Shown here piece by piece: positions 47,001-57,680 of a stretch of 64,000 nucleotides of DNA (position 1 is its first letter; every line of letters begins with the position of its first letter). The notes under the pieces were generated by a model, which made no database searches, was not told the DNA's origin, and was given only the letters and a program-made list of their open reading frames with translations. Where the stretch lies: assembly GCA_052426225.1 (NCBI GenBank), contig JBNJNM010000015.1, positions 1,798,001-1,862,000 on the forward strand, in the 5' to 3' direction. This DNA is from Zancudomyces culisetae HAW-14-8 (lineage: Eukaryota; Fungi; Kickxellomycota). A program made the translations under genes and the position numbers.

Positions 47001-48473
47001 TCTAATTATTCCCAGTGTCTCATGCTTGGTGCCATCAGCGGTTATGAGCATTGAGTGATCTTTTTGCTCAATTTTTAAACCTAACATGTCCATAAATTGC
47101 TCTGAGATTACTGAACATGCTGCACCTGTATCAATAACTGTGAGCTGGTGCTTTCCAAATACTTCAATGTAAGCTTTGCAGTTTGTGGTGGTTGTCCTAT
47201 CTTCTACAATGGTGTTCAGCTCCTTGGCTTCTATCTTCTTAAAGAGATCGACCAACTCTTTCCTGATTTCGGGTGAAGACTGTAACAGTTGACCAAGTGA
47301 AATATCTGGTTTTAATTTATCCAACTCTGAACCTATCGAAAACTTTTGAATGTTCTCCGATAGTCTAATATCCATTTTCTTCCTAACTCTTAGGGTAGCT
47401 GGTTTGATTACTGGCCCCGTCTTGTTAGGTTCCTTTTGTGCCACACGGATTTTTGCATGAGCTGGCTGAAAATCCATGCCATTGTTTTCGTCTCTCTTCC
47501 GTTTGTCCACTGCATAGAGTTCCGTATCTTTGTTTCCATCTGTTTTTCTTTCTATCTCTATGCAGTTAATTTCTTGTTTTTGGTCCTTCTGCCTCTTGTA
47601 GCACGCTGCGGCCTCATGCCCTGGCCTTTTGCAGTATGTACATTCCACTTTCTTGAACGGTCTTCTTGATTGTGGAGCAGACTTTTCAGAGTAATTTGGT
47701 CTCTTTTCTAATCTAGCTAGGAGATTAAGTGAAAGCTCGTCAAACTTTTTAATCAACGCCTCGTACATATCTGGACCCTCATTAGATTTATGTACCTTCA
47801 TCACCTTCCTACTAGTGCTTTTTGGTTTTTCTGATGTTTCCCTGACAGTAGGTAATATTTTCTCGACATCCTCTTCTGCCTGGATTATTGCTATGGCAGA
47901 TTTGACATCCTTAACTTTGGCTTTTAAAATTTGCCTTTGATACTTGGGGTTAAGAGCGTCTACAAAAAACTTAAGTCTGATCCGTTCGTCTTTAATATCG
48001 ACTGTTGAGACCAGTTTGCTGAACTCCGTCTCAAAATCTTCAAAGTCGAGGTAGTCACTTTGTTTAAGGCTTTGCAGTTGATTCCACGCTCGTGCCTCTC
48101 TGTCTTTACCTTCAAACTTTTCCAGGAATTCCTCACGAACCTTTTTCCATTTTTCTAGTTTAGACTTATTGATCTTGTACCATCGAAGGTCTTTCCCCGT
48201 TAAAAACAATTCTAAGAAATCAATCTTGTCTTTTTCCATCCAGCTGTTGATCCTAGCCATTAGCTCATACCTATCGAGCCATTCTTCCACGTTTGTAGTA
48301 GTGTTACTATCGAACATTGCTACATCTGGAATTCCTCTGTTGAACGTAAAGTTCATATTTAGAGGTATTCGGTCAGTTGTTGGTTCAGGAGCGCTCGTCT
48401 CCTGTACTTCGACCTCCTCTGATTCATCATCAGTAGTATCCTCTCTCAACTTTTCTGCTCTTTTACTAAACAT
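44031..48473 (-). CDS. E1 Gag-Pol polyprotein (Gag-CCHC, protease, RT, RNase H, integrase)
   Basis: CTYCKRPGHEAAAC, IDTGA, MPFGL...FVDD, TDASG, HHCC zinc finger, GIDVVGP...SDRG...GQVER, GPY. Domain order PR-RT-RH-IN is Ty3/Gypsy. Confidence 0.97.
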   Translation of the reverse strand: MFSKRAEKLREDTTDDESEEVEVQETSAPEPTTDRIPLNMNFTFNRGIPDVAMFDSNTTTNVEEWLDRYELMARINSWMEKDKIDFLELFLTGKDLRWYKINKSKLEKWKKVREEFLEKFEGKDREARAWNQLQSLKQSDYLDFEDFETEFSKLVSTVDIKDERIRLKFFVDALNPKYQRQILKAKVKDVKSAIAIIQAEEDVEKILPTVRETSEKPKSTSRKVMKVHKSNEGPDMYEALIKKFDELSLNLLARLEKRPNYSEKSAPQSRRPFKKVECTYCKRPGHEAAACYKRQKDQKQEINCIEIERKTDGNKDTELYAVDKRKRDENNGMDFQPAHAKIRVAQKEPNKTGPVIKPATLRVRKKMDIRLSENIQKFSIGSELDKLKPDISLGQLLQSSPEIRKELVDLFKKIEAKELNTIVEDRTTTTNCKAYIEVFGKHQLTVIDTGAACSVISEQFMDMLGLKIEQKDHSMLITADGTKHETLGIIRDVPFVIAGFIFPGDLVVMEGGLNRMVLGADWLLKHQANIDLSNMELLLPTVEGDVVVSLMITETDGPKQTNEYEYYSMIKEVDNRKQKEKLPENIAEVLKEYAEIFVDDLLELQQTNVLEHSIDTGDSNPVRVRPYRIAHHLREQVREELKIMEQRGIIEPCQSDWCAPVVVVKKKNGKLRICSDYRKLNMITRKDLYPLPIIDDILAAFGEAGVFSVVDAMSGFWQVRMNSADKHKTAFALPGDGMYCYNVMPFGLCNSPATFQKMMERVLAKVLWKFAIVFVDDIIIYSKNTEDHTQHLREVFELLKQHKVQLHKEKCEFAKTEIKYLGYTVSKHGISTNKDKIEAMEKVTAPRNVKEIQSFLGLTGYYRKFIEGYALIVKPLTELLKKDVPWTWSASCEESVKTLIKKLTEAPTLAHPNWEQAFILTTDASGIGLGAILSQVQNGEERPIAYASRTNNRHEQNYSITHLEGLAVVWGVKKFKHYLWGKRFKIRTDHMALLKVFDSQELNGRVARWAMFLREYDFELEHCRGPNNPTDYLSRNVETGEKENKITKYEELMVIDVLHHKAIENYLRDFSYPLRADEEFRAKLRKRAKPYKLVNGKVCKYSRESGIREVLHSDNAKLMIREIHEEGHEGILNTLNRVKNKYVGRGLRKIVEEVVQECERCQKYEEGEFRRTEMHPIIAPAPFQIMGIDVVGPINPISKSGNRFIITAIDYFTRWPIAVPVTNFQSETIVEFLLSKVVQEFGVPTQLISDRGSSFVSEITTELYKQLGIKHTPTTAFRPQTNGQVERFHRTFKNVLAKICVMDRDNWDSYIWKALLVVRSMKNRSTGFSPSEMLYGVKMQTPSTWMPPAEIDNLEEEILQRMRVVQISIPKMREKAMENNAKSKSVMKQRYDKVVKRYQFKEGDLVLKRISGPGGKFDPIWEGPYEIIKCYTKGVYLIKDPDGNMDTVNGDRLKAYKYSERMVPEVVPSSLRTKIRRYRN

Positions 48474-51367
48474 TTTGATTTTGTTGTTAAACTTTAAATA
48501 ATTGATAATTTTTTGTTATTTTGTAATTTTATAAATTTTATATTTTTATGTTTTTATGTTTAATTTTTTAACAATATTTTTATTATATATTATTTTATTA
48601 TAATAATTATTTTTTTTTTTTTTTTTATTTTTTTTTTTTTATTTATTTTTTTTTTTGTATTATTTATTGTTGTAGTTTAGTATTGTTTAGAAAACTTGTT
48701 AATCTGTTGAAAGTTGGATAAACTTTTAGATTTATAGGATTAAATTTCGATTTTGTTTGATTTGGAGTCTGATTTGATTTTTAGTATTTCGACTCAATTA
48801 ATTTAAATTTTTAATCTCTTTGCTGGTTTTGATTAGTTTTACTTTGTTTTAATTTGGACTGTGTCCCTGCTTTTTATCTGCTATGTTATTCTGACTTGTA
48901 TTCATAAATTTAATTCCCAATTTAAGTTACCAAAAGTTCAGTCAGTTTTGAAGTGATGAACAGTTTGGGTTTGATGTATTACCCAACTCCCGAACGGTTT
49001 GGAAGGGAGGACCTCCCCGCCCAAAAGATTGGACATCGGATTTGTTTTACCCCCATTTCATATTTCCACACTAGATCTTTCGAACGTTGGAGGGATTTAA
49101 TCTAGTGTAATAAAAGATTATTGAATTTAATCTTTTCAGTATGTTTCGGTTCCGAATAATATTAACTAGAAAGTAGAAACTAGTTAAATGATATTTACCG
49201 TTCTGAAGACGCGCCGCTCTAACAGAACTCATAAGACGACAATATTGTGCATCTTACCTTGGTACCACTATTGGGTTTGGTTGAAATAAATAATAAATTC
49301 TACCTCACCCTAGCCCCTTGGGAATGTTGAACTTACATCACCCAATTGACTGTAGAATACCTAGGAATTGACCTCCATGGTATCCTTTACTCTTGGAGTG
49401 CTTTGCTACTCCGTAATTGGTTATACTAAGACCCCCATCTAACTTATCTATCCTTATTTTGATAGAATGGTTAGGCCGGACAAAGAGAGTAAACCAGTTC
49501 TGCTCCTGTCCCATTAATGACGTAGGTTGATTCCTGCAGGGTTATCACCTCGTAAATATTTATCTCACCTTGTTAGCTACTCAAGGTGTAGAAAGGTCCC
49601 CAGAACTGAAAGTACTCTTACCACGTAGGTTGGAGGGTTTGGAATACTTCCGTTTGTTCTACCGAACCCAAGGTGTCCCTTTTTTGGGTACTACCATTTA
49701 CTGACTTACTGGGTAAACTTTTTAGTTTCCCGATAATATTAGGCTGATCTTGTTTAAATATTACTACCAAACCTAATACCAATTTAGTTCCATATTTTAC
49801 GGAACTTTACCACAAAATTCCTCCACCTGTTTCATTCACTCGGTTTTGGAATCGAGTATTTTATTACTCTTATAGTTTCTGGGTTAACTGGTAGGGTAGA
49901 AATTATTTCCCCAGTTATTTCCTTACTTAAAACCAATTAAAGAAAAAATTATTCCTTTAAAACCACCCAGGAAGTCTGATTCAGTTTCCCTAAATCTTGA
50001 AAAAGGATTTGGATAACTAACTTCAACTTCTCAAAACTTGGGAGTGTATCTGGAGATAGATACAGGATCTCCCTATTTAAAGTGTGAAGTTTATTTCTAC
50101 CTTTAAACTTCTTACACTTTTACTACTGGAGTTCAACTCCAGGTAGTTTCCCAGCAAAACTGTGGCCTAGAATAAGCTTGCATATAGCTCGCTTAAACTT
50201 ACCAAGTGACTTTAGTAGGTTGGTTAACTCTTACCTTCCCACTGTCACTGGTAGCTTTTCCCCACTTTAAGGATGTTATTCTTAAAGTTAGCTACAAAGT
50301 TGCCGGTCTAGTAACCTATGGTCGGGCTCCTAGACTCGGTGTAGTAAGAAAAAATTTGGATTTTTACATCCCATTATCCTCATTACTACTAGTGGCTTCT
50401 ACTAAGACTAAATGGCATTGCATTTAGTCCCTAGACGCCGGTGATATGGTGTAAAACCCGCCGCAGAAATCCCCAGTACTTCTCAAAGAAGTCCGTCTCA
50501 TTCCTGTTTTGAGCCCACCTTTGGTGACTTGTGTACATGTATTTTTAGGTTACTTACACATAATTTTGCTTTTCAGCAGTAAACCCCCAGTATCCATCTT
50601 TCTTCTCCCAAGTATTGGAAGGTCTCCGTACAGCTAGCATTAACGAAAATTAACTTTCTTTAGCTATCACCGTATCTAGGAGATTTCAATATTTGGGGAA
50701 TCCAGACGAACCCGTCTCGTTTCCGCTTCCAACCAAAAATATGCTTATCGGCCTAAAAACCCATAAACATTTACCACCAACACCTGGGAAGTATCCAAAA
50801 GTATGCGACATAACGCACATTTTGCTTCAACTCCCGCAGGTAACACAGCATTTTAAGCTGTTCTGGGAAAAGCTCCCAAAGCCATTTGTAGAATTTAACT
50901 GTTTGGAAATGTTCTATTAAACATAATTAATATCCCATGTCCCAATTTGTTTAATTCCCCAAAAGCCTAAAAAGAAAAGGTCGGGTAATGTGGGAAATTC
51001 AATTACATTTAGGCTGAAATGTAAATGAAACCCGAAAAAGTATTGAGAAAAATCTTAAAGGGAAAAATGTATTTAAAGCCAATGTTCCTAGCCCCACTGA
51101 AAGTGTTTTGCATTTACCAGCGCGAGTCCCTAAAAGGGCTTTCGTGGTTACCTTACCTGGTCCGGTGGTTCAGAGAATTTATTCCCTATTTAAAAGGAAC
51201 AAACCTCCTACTAGCCCACATTGGCCCCAGATGGTGTAAGGTCCAACTCGTCTCATAAATGGCTTCTAGGCGACATAGCCGAAGCTTTTACGGCAAATTT
51301 TTGGTCATTAGAAAGAAAATCTTTCTGACCAAAAATTTAACTTTTCTCCCAAATTCTCCTCATACCA

Positions 51368-51385
51368 TTCCCGGCAGAGCCCCCA
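51368..51385 (-). promoter_or_regulatory. E1 primer-binding site, probably for tRNA-Pro
   Basis: Minus-strand TGGGGGCTCTGCCGGGAA lies 2 nt inside the 5' LTR. It complements a tRNA 3' end ...TTCCCGGCAGAGCCC-CCA, similar to eukaryotic tRNA-Pro. Confidence 0.85.
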
Positions 51386-51387
51386 TT

Positions 51388-51983
51388 TGTTGAATTCGTT
51401 TTCATTTTTTAGTACTAGTCCAATAGGATTTTCCCAAAAAACTTCCACTAATATCAATCACGGTTCCCTAGAAGGGTGGTTATTACTGACACAGGATTTA
51501 CCATTTCTAGCCAGTTAACCACTATCTATAAAACCCCCTCGGAAAGAACACAACTGGACAATTTCCACAATTTTTGGTAAAAATAATTTTATTTAAAAGA
51601 ATTCCTCCCAAAACCTGGAAAATATAGCCAAAATGGCCCTTTCCTTACACTAAAAAAATAGTATTACGCCTCTCTATATATGTTTATTTTTACTTTTAGT
51701 GTGGTTTTGGTCGGATTTACAAATTTTTCAATTTATACTAATAATTTACTAATAAAATTGATTAAAAATAAATCCACTAATAAAGTATAAAATCGATTCG
51801 ACTAAAAAATAAATCGATTTGTACTATTAAATTGGCTGTAAAATTGACAAAAATTTATGACATGGTCATAATTTTTGTACTCTAAATTGAATTGCGCAGG
51901 AAACAATTTTTTCAAAATTGATTTCTCTGCTATTTTGCTGCAATGAAAGCGGTAAATTTAAGTTGATGCTTTTGCATACAACA
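51388..51983 (-). repeat. E1 5' LTR
   Basis: Direct repeat of 43406-44001, adjacent to the PBS. Confidence 0.95.
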
Positions 51984-52723
51984 ATTGTTGTAATTTTAGT
52001 TTGCAGAAAATTTCTCAGGAAATTTCCGCAACTAAACCTACAAAAAGTTCTGCTAATAGAGGGGGATTGTTACTGGAATAAGTTTTACTTTATTTAACCA
52101 GTCAACCCTACCTTTTTAGCTTATATTTAATTTAGTTTTATGTATTTATTACTTCAATAAATGCGATAAAACTGGGTAAAATTACGCCCAACTCCTAAAA
52201 TTTGGTGTGCAAAACAATTAATTTTGGTCCAAAAATTAGACTCTGATACCTTTCTGATACCCTTTGAAAATTGTGTTACGCTTCACTACCTATGTTTTTT
52301 TTTGGTTTTAGGTAGGTTTTTGCTCAAATCACAAATTTCAATTTTATAGAGTAAAATCAAGTATTTTAGAGCTAATTTGTATTTTATTTAATGAATAACT
52401 TTTAAAAATAAAAAGATAAAACCACCAAACTTGTGGTGAAGTTACTAGTAATATACTAGTACCTGACTAGCTATTTTATTAGAACTTTATATAATAGAAA
52501 CTTAAAATAAAATAATCAAAACTTAATATTGACTCACTTTTTGGGTGATAATTTCACCCTAGTAATCCCAGATTACTAGCTCGAACACCCGAGATAACGG
52601 TGGTTATTCGGTGTTTGAGAAGCTGTATGCTGTTTATCCAATAGTTTAGCTTGGATAGAACTAAGCATACAACACCTCCCCCCCACAGCTTACACTCAGG
52701 GTTTCAACCTTTGTGTGCAAGCT

Positions 52724-55700
52724 TTAATTCTTGAAGCGTCTCAAAGTGCTCCGAATATTCCCTGGCGTGATCTCGGGAATCATATGTTCTGCCTGGCGAT
52801 ATGGTTTAAGGCGGTCTCCATTAACCAAGTCACGGTGTCCTGCTGGATCTTGGATAACGTATGTGCCTAACCTAAGTACTCTGGTGACGGTATATGGTCC
52901 TTCCCAGTAGGGTTCCAATTTTCCTGAAGGCTGCTCAACTTTTCTGAGCACCTTGTCACCTTCCTTGAAACGGTAGACAGTTACTTGTTTGTCATACCTT
53001 TGCTTCATGACCTGGTTTGCCTCAGCCATTTTCTCAACTGCTAGGCGCCTTATCTCGGGGATACCAACTTGGATGGCGTTTACCCTTTGAATAATCTCTT
53101 CCTCGAGATCTTCCACTTCTGCAGGAGGTCTCCAAGTTGCTGGGGTTTGCAACTTTACTCCATACAGTAACTCTGCGGGGCTTTTATCTGTAGATCTGTT
53201 CTTCATAGTCCTGATGACTAACAAGACCTTCCAGATATAAGTATCCCACTCTTCCTTGTTTCTCTCAGAAACTTTGGCTAACACATTACGGAAAGTTCTA
53301 TGGAAGCGTTCCACTTGACCATTAGCTTGGGGACGAAATACGGTAGTTGGGGTGTGGTGAATCCCCACCTCTTCGTAAAACTTAGAGGACAATTCTGATG
53401 TGAATGATGCTCCTCTGTCAGACATAAGTTGTGCGGGTATACCGAACTCTTGCACCACTTTGGTGAACAAGAAGTTAATCACAACTTCCGAAGTAGCATG
53501 TGGCACCGCCACAGCAATTGGCCACTTCGTCAAGTAGTCTATCGCAGTTATGACATACTTGTTGCCTGATTTTGCTATAGGATTTATAGGTCCTACAAAG
53601 TCAATCCCCATTATTTCAAACGGTCGCATGGCTAGGAAAGGATGGAGCGGCTCTCTAAAGAATTTACCTTTATCTTGTTTTTGGCAACGCTCACATTCTC
53701 CTACAACTTCCTCAACTACCTCTCGCAACCCTTTACCGAAGTACTTGTTTCGGGCGCGATTCAGGGTATAGAGTATTCCTTCATGACCTTCTTCGTGAAT
53801 CTCCCGGATTTTCTCCTTTTGATTCTCATGGTGAAGTACTTCCCTTATCCCAAACTGCTTTGTTACTTTGCATAACTTATTATCCAGCAGCTTGAACAAC
53901 TTAGCCTTTTCCCGAAGGCTTTTCCTGAAGTCGTCATTAGCTCTGTTTGGGTAAGTTCTATCCCTTAGGTAGTTGGAAATAGCTGCGTGATGTAACACAT
54001 CCATCGCCGCTATTTCTACTTCCTCGGCCTCTGCTCCTGGGGCTACTTCTTCCGTGATTCCTGGATTTCTTGACAGGAAATCAGTAGGGTTTACAGCACC
54101 CCTAACATGTTGGAATTCGTAGTCAAACTCCCGCAGGAACATTGCCCATCGTGCTACTCTGCCATTTAAGTCCTGGGTGTCAAAGACCTTTAGTAATGCC
54201 AAATGGTCTGTCTTCACCACAAACTTTTTCCCCCAAAGGTAGTGTTTAAATTTCTTTATTCCCCACACTACCGCAAGGCCTTCCAAATGAGTAATAGCAT
54301 AGTTGGCTTCATGAATGTTTAGGGTGCGACTGGCGTAAGCTATTGGGCGTTCTTCGCCGTTTATTTCTTGTGTTAAGATAGCTCCCAGTCCGACCCCAGA
54401 GGCATCCGTGGTCAGGATAAATTCCCTGTCCCAATTGGGATGTGCCAGTGTAGGAGCTTGAGTGAGCAGTCTCTTTAGCTCCCGCACCGCCTCTTTACAT
54501 TCTTCAGACCACTCCCAAGAGACATCTTTCTTTAGGAGGTTTGTCAACGGTCTGGCCACTAACGCATAGTTAGGTATAAACTTCCTATAGTACCCAGTGA
54601 ATCCTAAGAAGGATTGTATTTCTTTAACATTTCTTGGGTCTATTAGAGTGTTTATACTCACTATTTTATCCTCATTTGTACTTATACCATTCTTACCAAT
54701 GGTATGCCCCAAGTAACGAATCTCGGTCTTGCCGAATTCGCACTTATCTTTGTGCAATTGCACTTTACCCTTCCTGAGACATTCAAAAACTTCTTCTAAA
54801 TGTCCCTTGTGTTCCTCCCAGGTCTTGGAGTACACAATTATGTCGTCGATAAACACAATTGCACAACGCCATAAAACATTTGCCAACACTTTCTCCATCA
54901 GTTTCTGGAATGTAGCGGGACTGTTGCAAAGTCCAAAAGGCATAACGTTGTAACAGTACATTCCATCTCCTGGTAGAGCGAATGCTGTTTTGTGTTTATC
55001 TGCGGGATTCATTTTGACCTGCCAAAACCCGCTCATAGCGTCCATTACGCTAAAAACCCCTGCATTCCCAAATGCCGCAAAGATATCATCAATTATTGGC
55101 AATGGGTACAGATCCTTGCGGGTAACTAAGTTAAGTTTACGGTAATCTGAGCAAATTCTCAACTTCCCGTTCTTCTTAGTTACCACCACTACTGGGGCGC
55201 ACCAATCGGACTGGCAGGGCTCAATTATGCCTTTCTCTGCCATTACCTCCAGTTCCCCTCGCACCTGCTCCCGTAGATGGTGCGGAATCCTGTAAGGGCG
55301 AACCTTCACCGGATTGGCGTCTCCAACCTCAATGCGGTGGTCCAAAACATCGGTCTGTTCTAGATCCATAAGATCAGTCACAAACAGATCCTTATTCTTT
55401 TCCAGCACATTGAGGAGCCCCTGGGGTACTTCTGGTGCCACTTCAGATGTTGAAGTTGACACCTCCTTTGCTATCCCGTAGAGTTCGTACCCCGAATAAT
55501 CTACGAGGTTGCTTTTCTTGCTCGTAAAGAGTGTCAAAGCAATCTCCTTGTCGCCCTTGGGTAATATTAATTCTTTACCGCCCAAGTCGACCATAGCACC
55601 ATGTTTAGTCAACCAGTCCATGCCTAAGACTAGCTGATTAATACCCCGCTCCATGACCAACAGATCTCCAGTAAAGATGTACCCAGCGATTCTGAAAGGT

Positions 55701-57262
55701 ACACCCGAAACTATTCCAAGTGTGGAATGTTTCGCCCCATCTGCTGTCACTATAGTGGGCGTATCCATAGTGTCTATTTCCAAACCCAGCATTTTTAGGA
55801 AGTCGTTGGTGACTACTGAGCAGGCTGCTCCAGTATCTAGGATAGCAACGTGGTATTCACCAAAGACGTCGATGTACGCTTTACAGTTTGTATAACGACT
55901 ACCTTCATCTTCAATGGCTCCCAACTCTTGCTCCTCCAACTTTTGGATGTATGTTAACATCCTCTTCCTAACCATTGGGGAAACCTTGAGGAGGTGGGCA
56001 TAGTTTAACTTTGGTTGAATCCTGTTAAACTCATCCTCAATGGAAAACTCCTTTATTGGGAGTTCTTCCTTGTCCCCAGGTGTCTGGCGAGTTTTCCCAG
56101 TCGCCGCACCTCTCTCGCGTACTATAGCTGCTTTATCAGCTAAGTAGCGTTTTGTTTTAGAGTTGGTTTCCGTCTGGAAAGAGAACCTGTCTTTCGCAGG
56201 GTTTCTCGGAACCACTCGTATTGCCTGAGGTGGATTTTGGTCTTTTTCGACCTCCATACCAACCTCCCTAATCTCTCCGGTAACCTGTCCCGGAGGATTT
56301 TCTCCTGTCCTAACTCTACCCCTTACAGGGCCGTTGTCTGTTGGGGAGGGGCTTCTGGGCCTTTTCTCCACTCCAAACAACGCTTCCGCCTCTGAGTCGG
56401 ACATCTCAGAGCATAGCTCAATACAGCCTAAGTCTTTCGACCCTCCAGCTGCTTCAGGACATTGTGTCCCATGGTGCCCAGGCTTTTTACACTTGAAGCA
56501 CTCCAGGATTCTTGGCTTGAAGTCTCTCTGGGGTTTCCTATTGTTTCCCCCATGAGATTTGGCCTCAAGCTTTTCCATCCTGTCGAGAATGTTGAGTTGC
56601 AAACCTTGCATATACTTCAACGTTCTCTGTAATTCCCCAGCAAAGTTTTCCTTCAGCGAAGTATCCGCTTTTGGAGGACTTTGCTCTTTCTTTTCTACCT
56701 TTGCGGGTGCTCTGGTTTTCTTTGGTGCCGAAAGATTCAGAGCCTTCTCGAGTTTTTCTTCCTCGAGGAGTTTCTCCTTAGCTTCCTTTACCTTAGTAAT
56801 CCCAGCCTTAGAAAGAAGGACTTGATTCCTTTGGGTGAGTGCTCTCCGAAAGAGATTCATCCAAGTCTTCGAATCCTCCTTAATACCCGCAGCATTAGCC
56901 AAACTATCAAACTCGGCTTCGAAAAGCTCAAAGTTTTTAAAGTTTGCTTGCCGCAAATCTATCAGGGTTTCCAATGCCGTTAACTCAGTTTCTTGAGTAC
57001 CGAACTGCTCCAGGAATTTCTTGGAAGCGGCTTCCCAGGTTGTCAAAGTTGACAATTGCCTTTTAAACCACTTTTTGTCCTCCCCGGATAGGTACAGCTC
57101 AAGATACTTGAGTTTTTCTGCATCATTCCACCCATACATAGATGAAATTAAACCGTAAGTATGCAACCAGTCCTCAACATCGGGACAGTTTGCGCTATCA
57201 AACGGAGTAATTTCTGGACCCCCGCGGTTAGATATCACTTTTTTACCAGTGTTCCCAACCAT
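52724..57262 (-). CDS. E2 Gag-Pol polyprotein
   Basis: CFKCKKPGHHGTQC, LDTGA, FIDD, TDASG, HHCC, GIDFVGP...SDRG...GQVER, GPY. Confidence 0.97.
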   Translation of the reverse strand: MVGNTGKKVISNRGGPEITPFDSANCPDVEDWLHTYGLISSMYGWNDAEKLKYLELYLSGEDKKWFKRQLSTLTTWEAASKKFLEQFGTQETELTALETLIDLRQANFKNFELFEAEFDSLANAAGIKEDSKTWMNLFRRALTQRNQVLLSKAGITKVKEAKEKLLEEEKLEKALNLSAPKKTRAPAKVEKKEQSPPKADTSLKENFAGELQRTLKYMQGLQLNILDRMEKLEAKSHGGNNRKPQRDFKPRILECFKCKKPGHHGTQCPEAAGGSKDLGCIELCSEMSDSEAEALFGVEKRPRSPSPTDNGPVRGRVRTGENPPGQVTGEIREVGMEVEKDQNPPQAIRVVPRNPAKDRFSFQTETNSKTKRYLADKAAIVRERGAATGKTRQTPGDKEELPIKEFSIEDEFNRIQPKLNYAHLLKVSPMVRKRMLTYIQKLEEQELGAIEDEGSRYTNCKAYIDVFGEYHVAILDTGAACSVVTNDFLKMLGLEIDTMDTPTIVTADGAKHSTLGIVSGVPFRIAGYIFTGDLLVMERGINQLVLGMDWLTKHGAMVDLGGKELILPKGDKEIALTLFTSKKSNLVDYSGYELYGIAKEVSTSTSEVAPEVPQGLLNVLEKNKDLFVTDLMDLEQTDVLDHRIEVGDANPVKVRPYRIPHHLREQVRGELEVMAEKGIIEPCQSDWCAPVVVVTKKNGKLRICSDYRKLNLVTRKDLYPLPIIDDIFAAFGNAGVFSVMDAMSGFWQVKMNPADKHKTAFALPGDGMYCYNVMPFGLCNSPATFQKLMEKVLANVLWRCAIVFIDDIIVYSKTWEEHKGHLEEVFECLRKGKVQLHKDKCEFGKTEIRYLGHTIGKNGISTNEDKIVSINTLIDPRNVKEIQSFLGFTGYYRKFIPNYALVARPLTNLLKKDVSWEWSEECKEAVRELKRLLTQAPTLAHPNWDREFILTTDASGVGLGAILTQEINGEERPIAYASRTLNIHEANYAITHLEGLAVVWGIKKFKHYLWGKKFVVKTDHLALLKVFDTQDLNGRVARWAMFLREFDYEFQHVRGAVNPTDFLSRNPGITEEVAPGAEAEEVEIAAMDVLHHAAISNYLRDRTYPNRANDDFRKSLREKAKLFKLLDNKLCKVTKQFGIREVLHHENQKEKIREIHEEGHEGILYTLNRARNKYFGKGLREVVEEVVGECERCQKQDKGKFFREPLHPFLAMRPFEIMGIDFVGPINPIAKSGNKYVITAIDYLTKWPIAVAVPHATSEVVINFLFTKVVQEFGIPAQLMSDRGASFTSELSSKFYEEVGIHHTPTTVFRPQANGQVERFHRTFRNVLAKVSERNKEEWDTYIWKVLLVIRTMKNRSTDKSPAELLYGVKLQTPATWRPPAEVEDLEEEIIQRVNAIQVGIPEIRRLAVEKMAEANQVMKQRYDKQVTVYRFKEGDKVLRKVEQPSGKLEPYWEGPYTVTRVLRLGTYVIQDPAGHRDLVNGDRLKPYRQAEHMIPEITPGNIRSTLRRFKN

Positions 57263-57662
57263 TTTTTAGTAGTATAAACTAACTACTTTAATAATAGTTC
57301 TTCCCGTAACTTGTTCGGAACTTTTAACTTTTTATATTTTTAATTGGGAGTTTTCTCGGAAAAATATCTCCGCAAAAGGAATAGTACCAATTTACTATTA
57401 TTCCTAGCCTTCTGCTAATATTTCTGAGGTATAACTACCCAAAATTAATGTTTCCTGCAGGAAAAACTCCTGGTGAAACTTTTAATTAATATTAATTTTT
57501 TTGGTAACTTTAGTCGCTGACTAGTTACCTTTCGCACCCGAGAAACTGTGGTATTTCACCCAGAATTCTCCAGATATATTTTAATACTTATAAAATAATC
57601 CTTTAGCAGCTTAATTGCTGACTAGAGTGGTTATTGCGGGACTTCCCAAGTGTTTTGGTAGT

Positions 57663-57680
57663 TTCCCGGCAGAGCCCCCA
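57663..57680 (-). promoter_or_regulatory. E2 primer-binding site (identical to E1, tRNA-Pro-like)
   Basis: Plus-strand TTCCCGGCAGAGCCCCCA, 1 nt from the LTR at 57682. Confidence 0.85.

Larger units (their letters stand above)
43406..51983 (-). mobile_element. Full-length Ty3/Gypsy LTR retrotransposon E1
   Basis: Two 596-bp LTRs (43406-44001, 51388-51983) with TGTTG...CAACA ends, PBS, PPT, intact gag-pol, and 4-bp TSD ATTG (43402-43405, 51984-51987). Confidence 0.97.

Noticed and set aside
49203-49230. CTGAAGA resembling a hammerhead ribozyme core (also near 59127)
   Set aside because: No stem II followed by GAAA and no matching stems I/III. The motif sits in an ordinary hairpin.
50206-51258. 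Short + strand ORFs (73-77 aa) in the E1 leader as possible antisense or env-like genes
   Set aside because: Short, without shared frame or motif, and overlapping hairpin-dense sequence.
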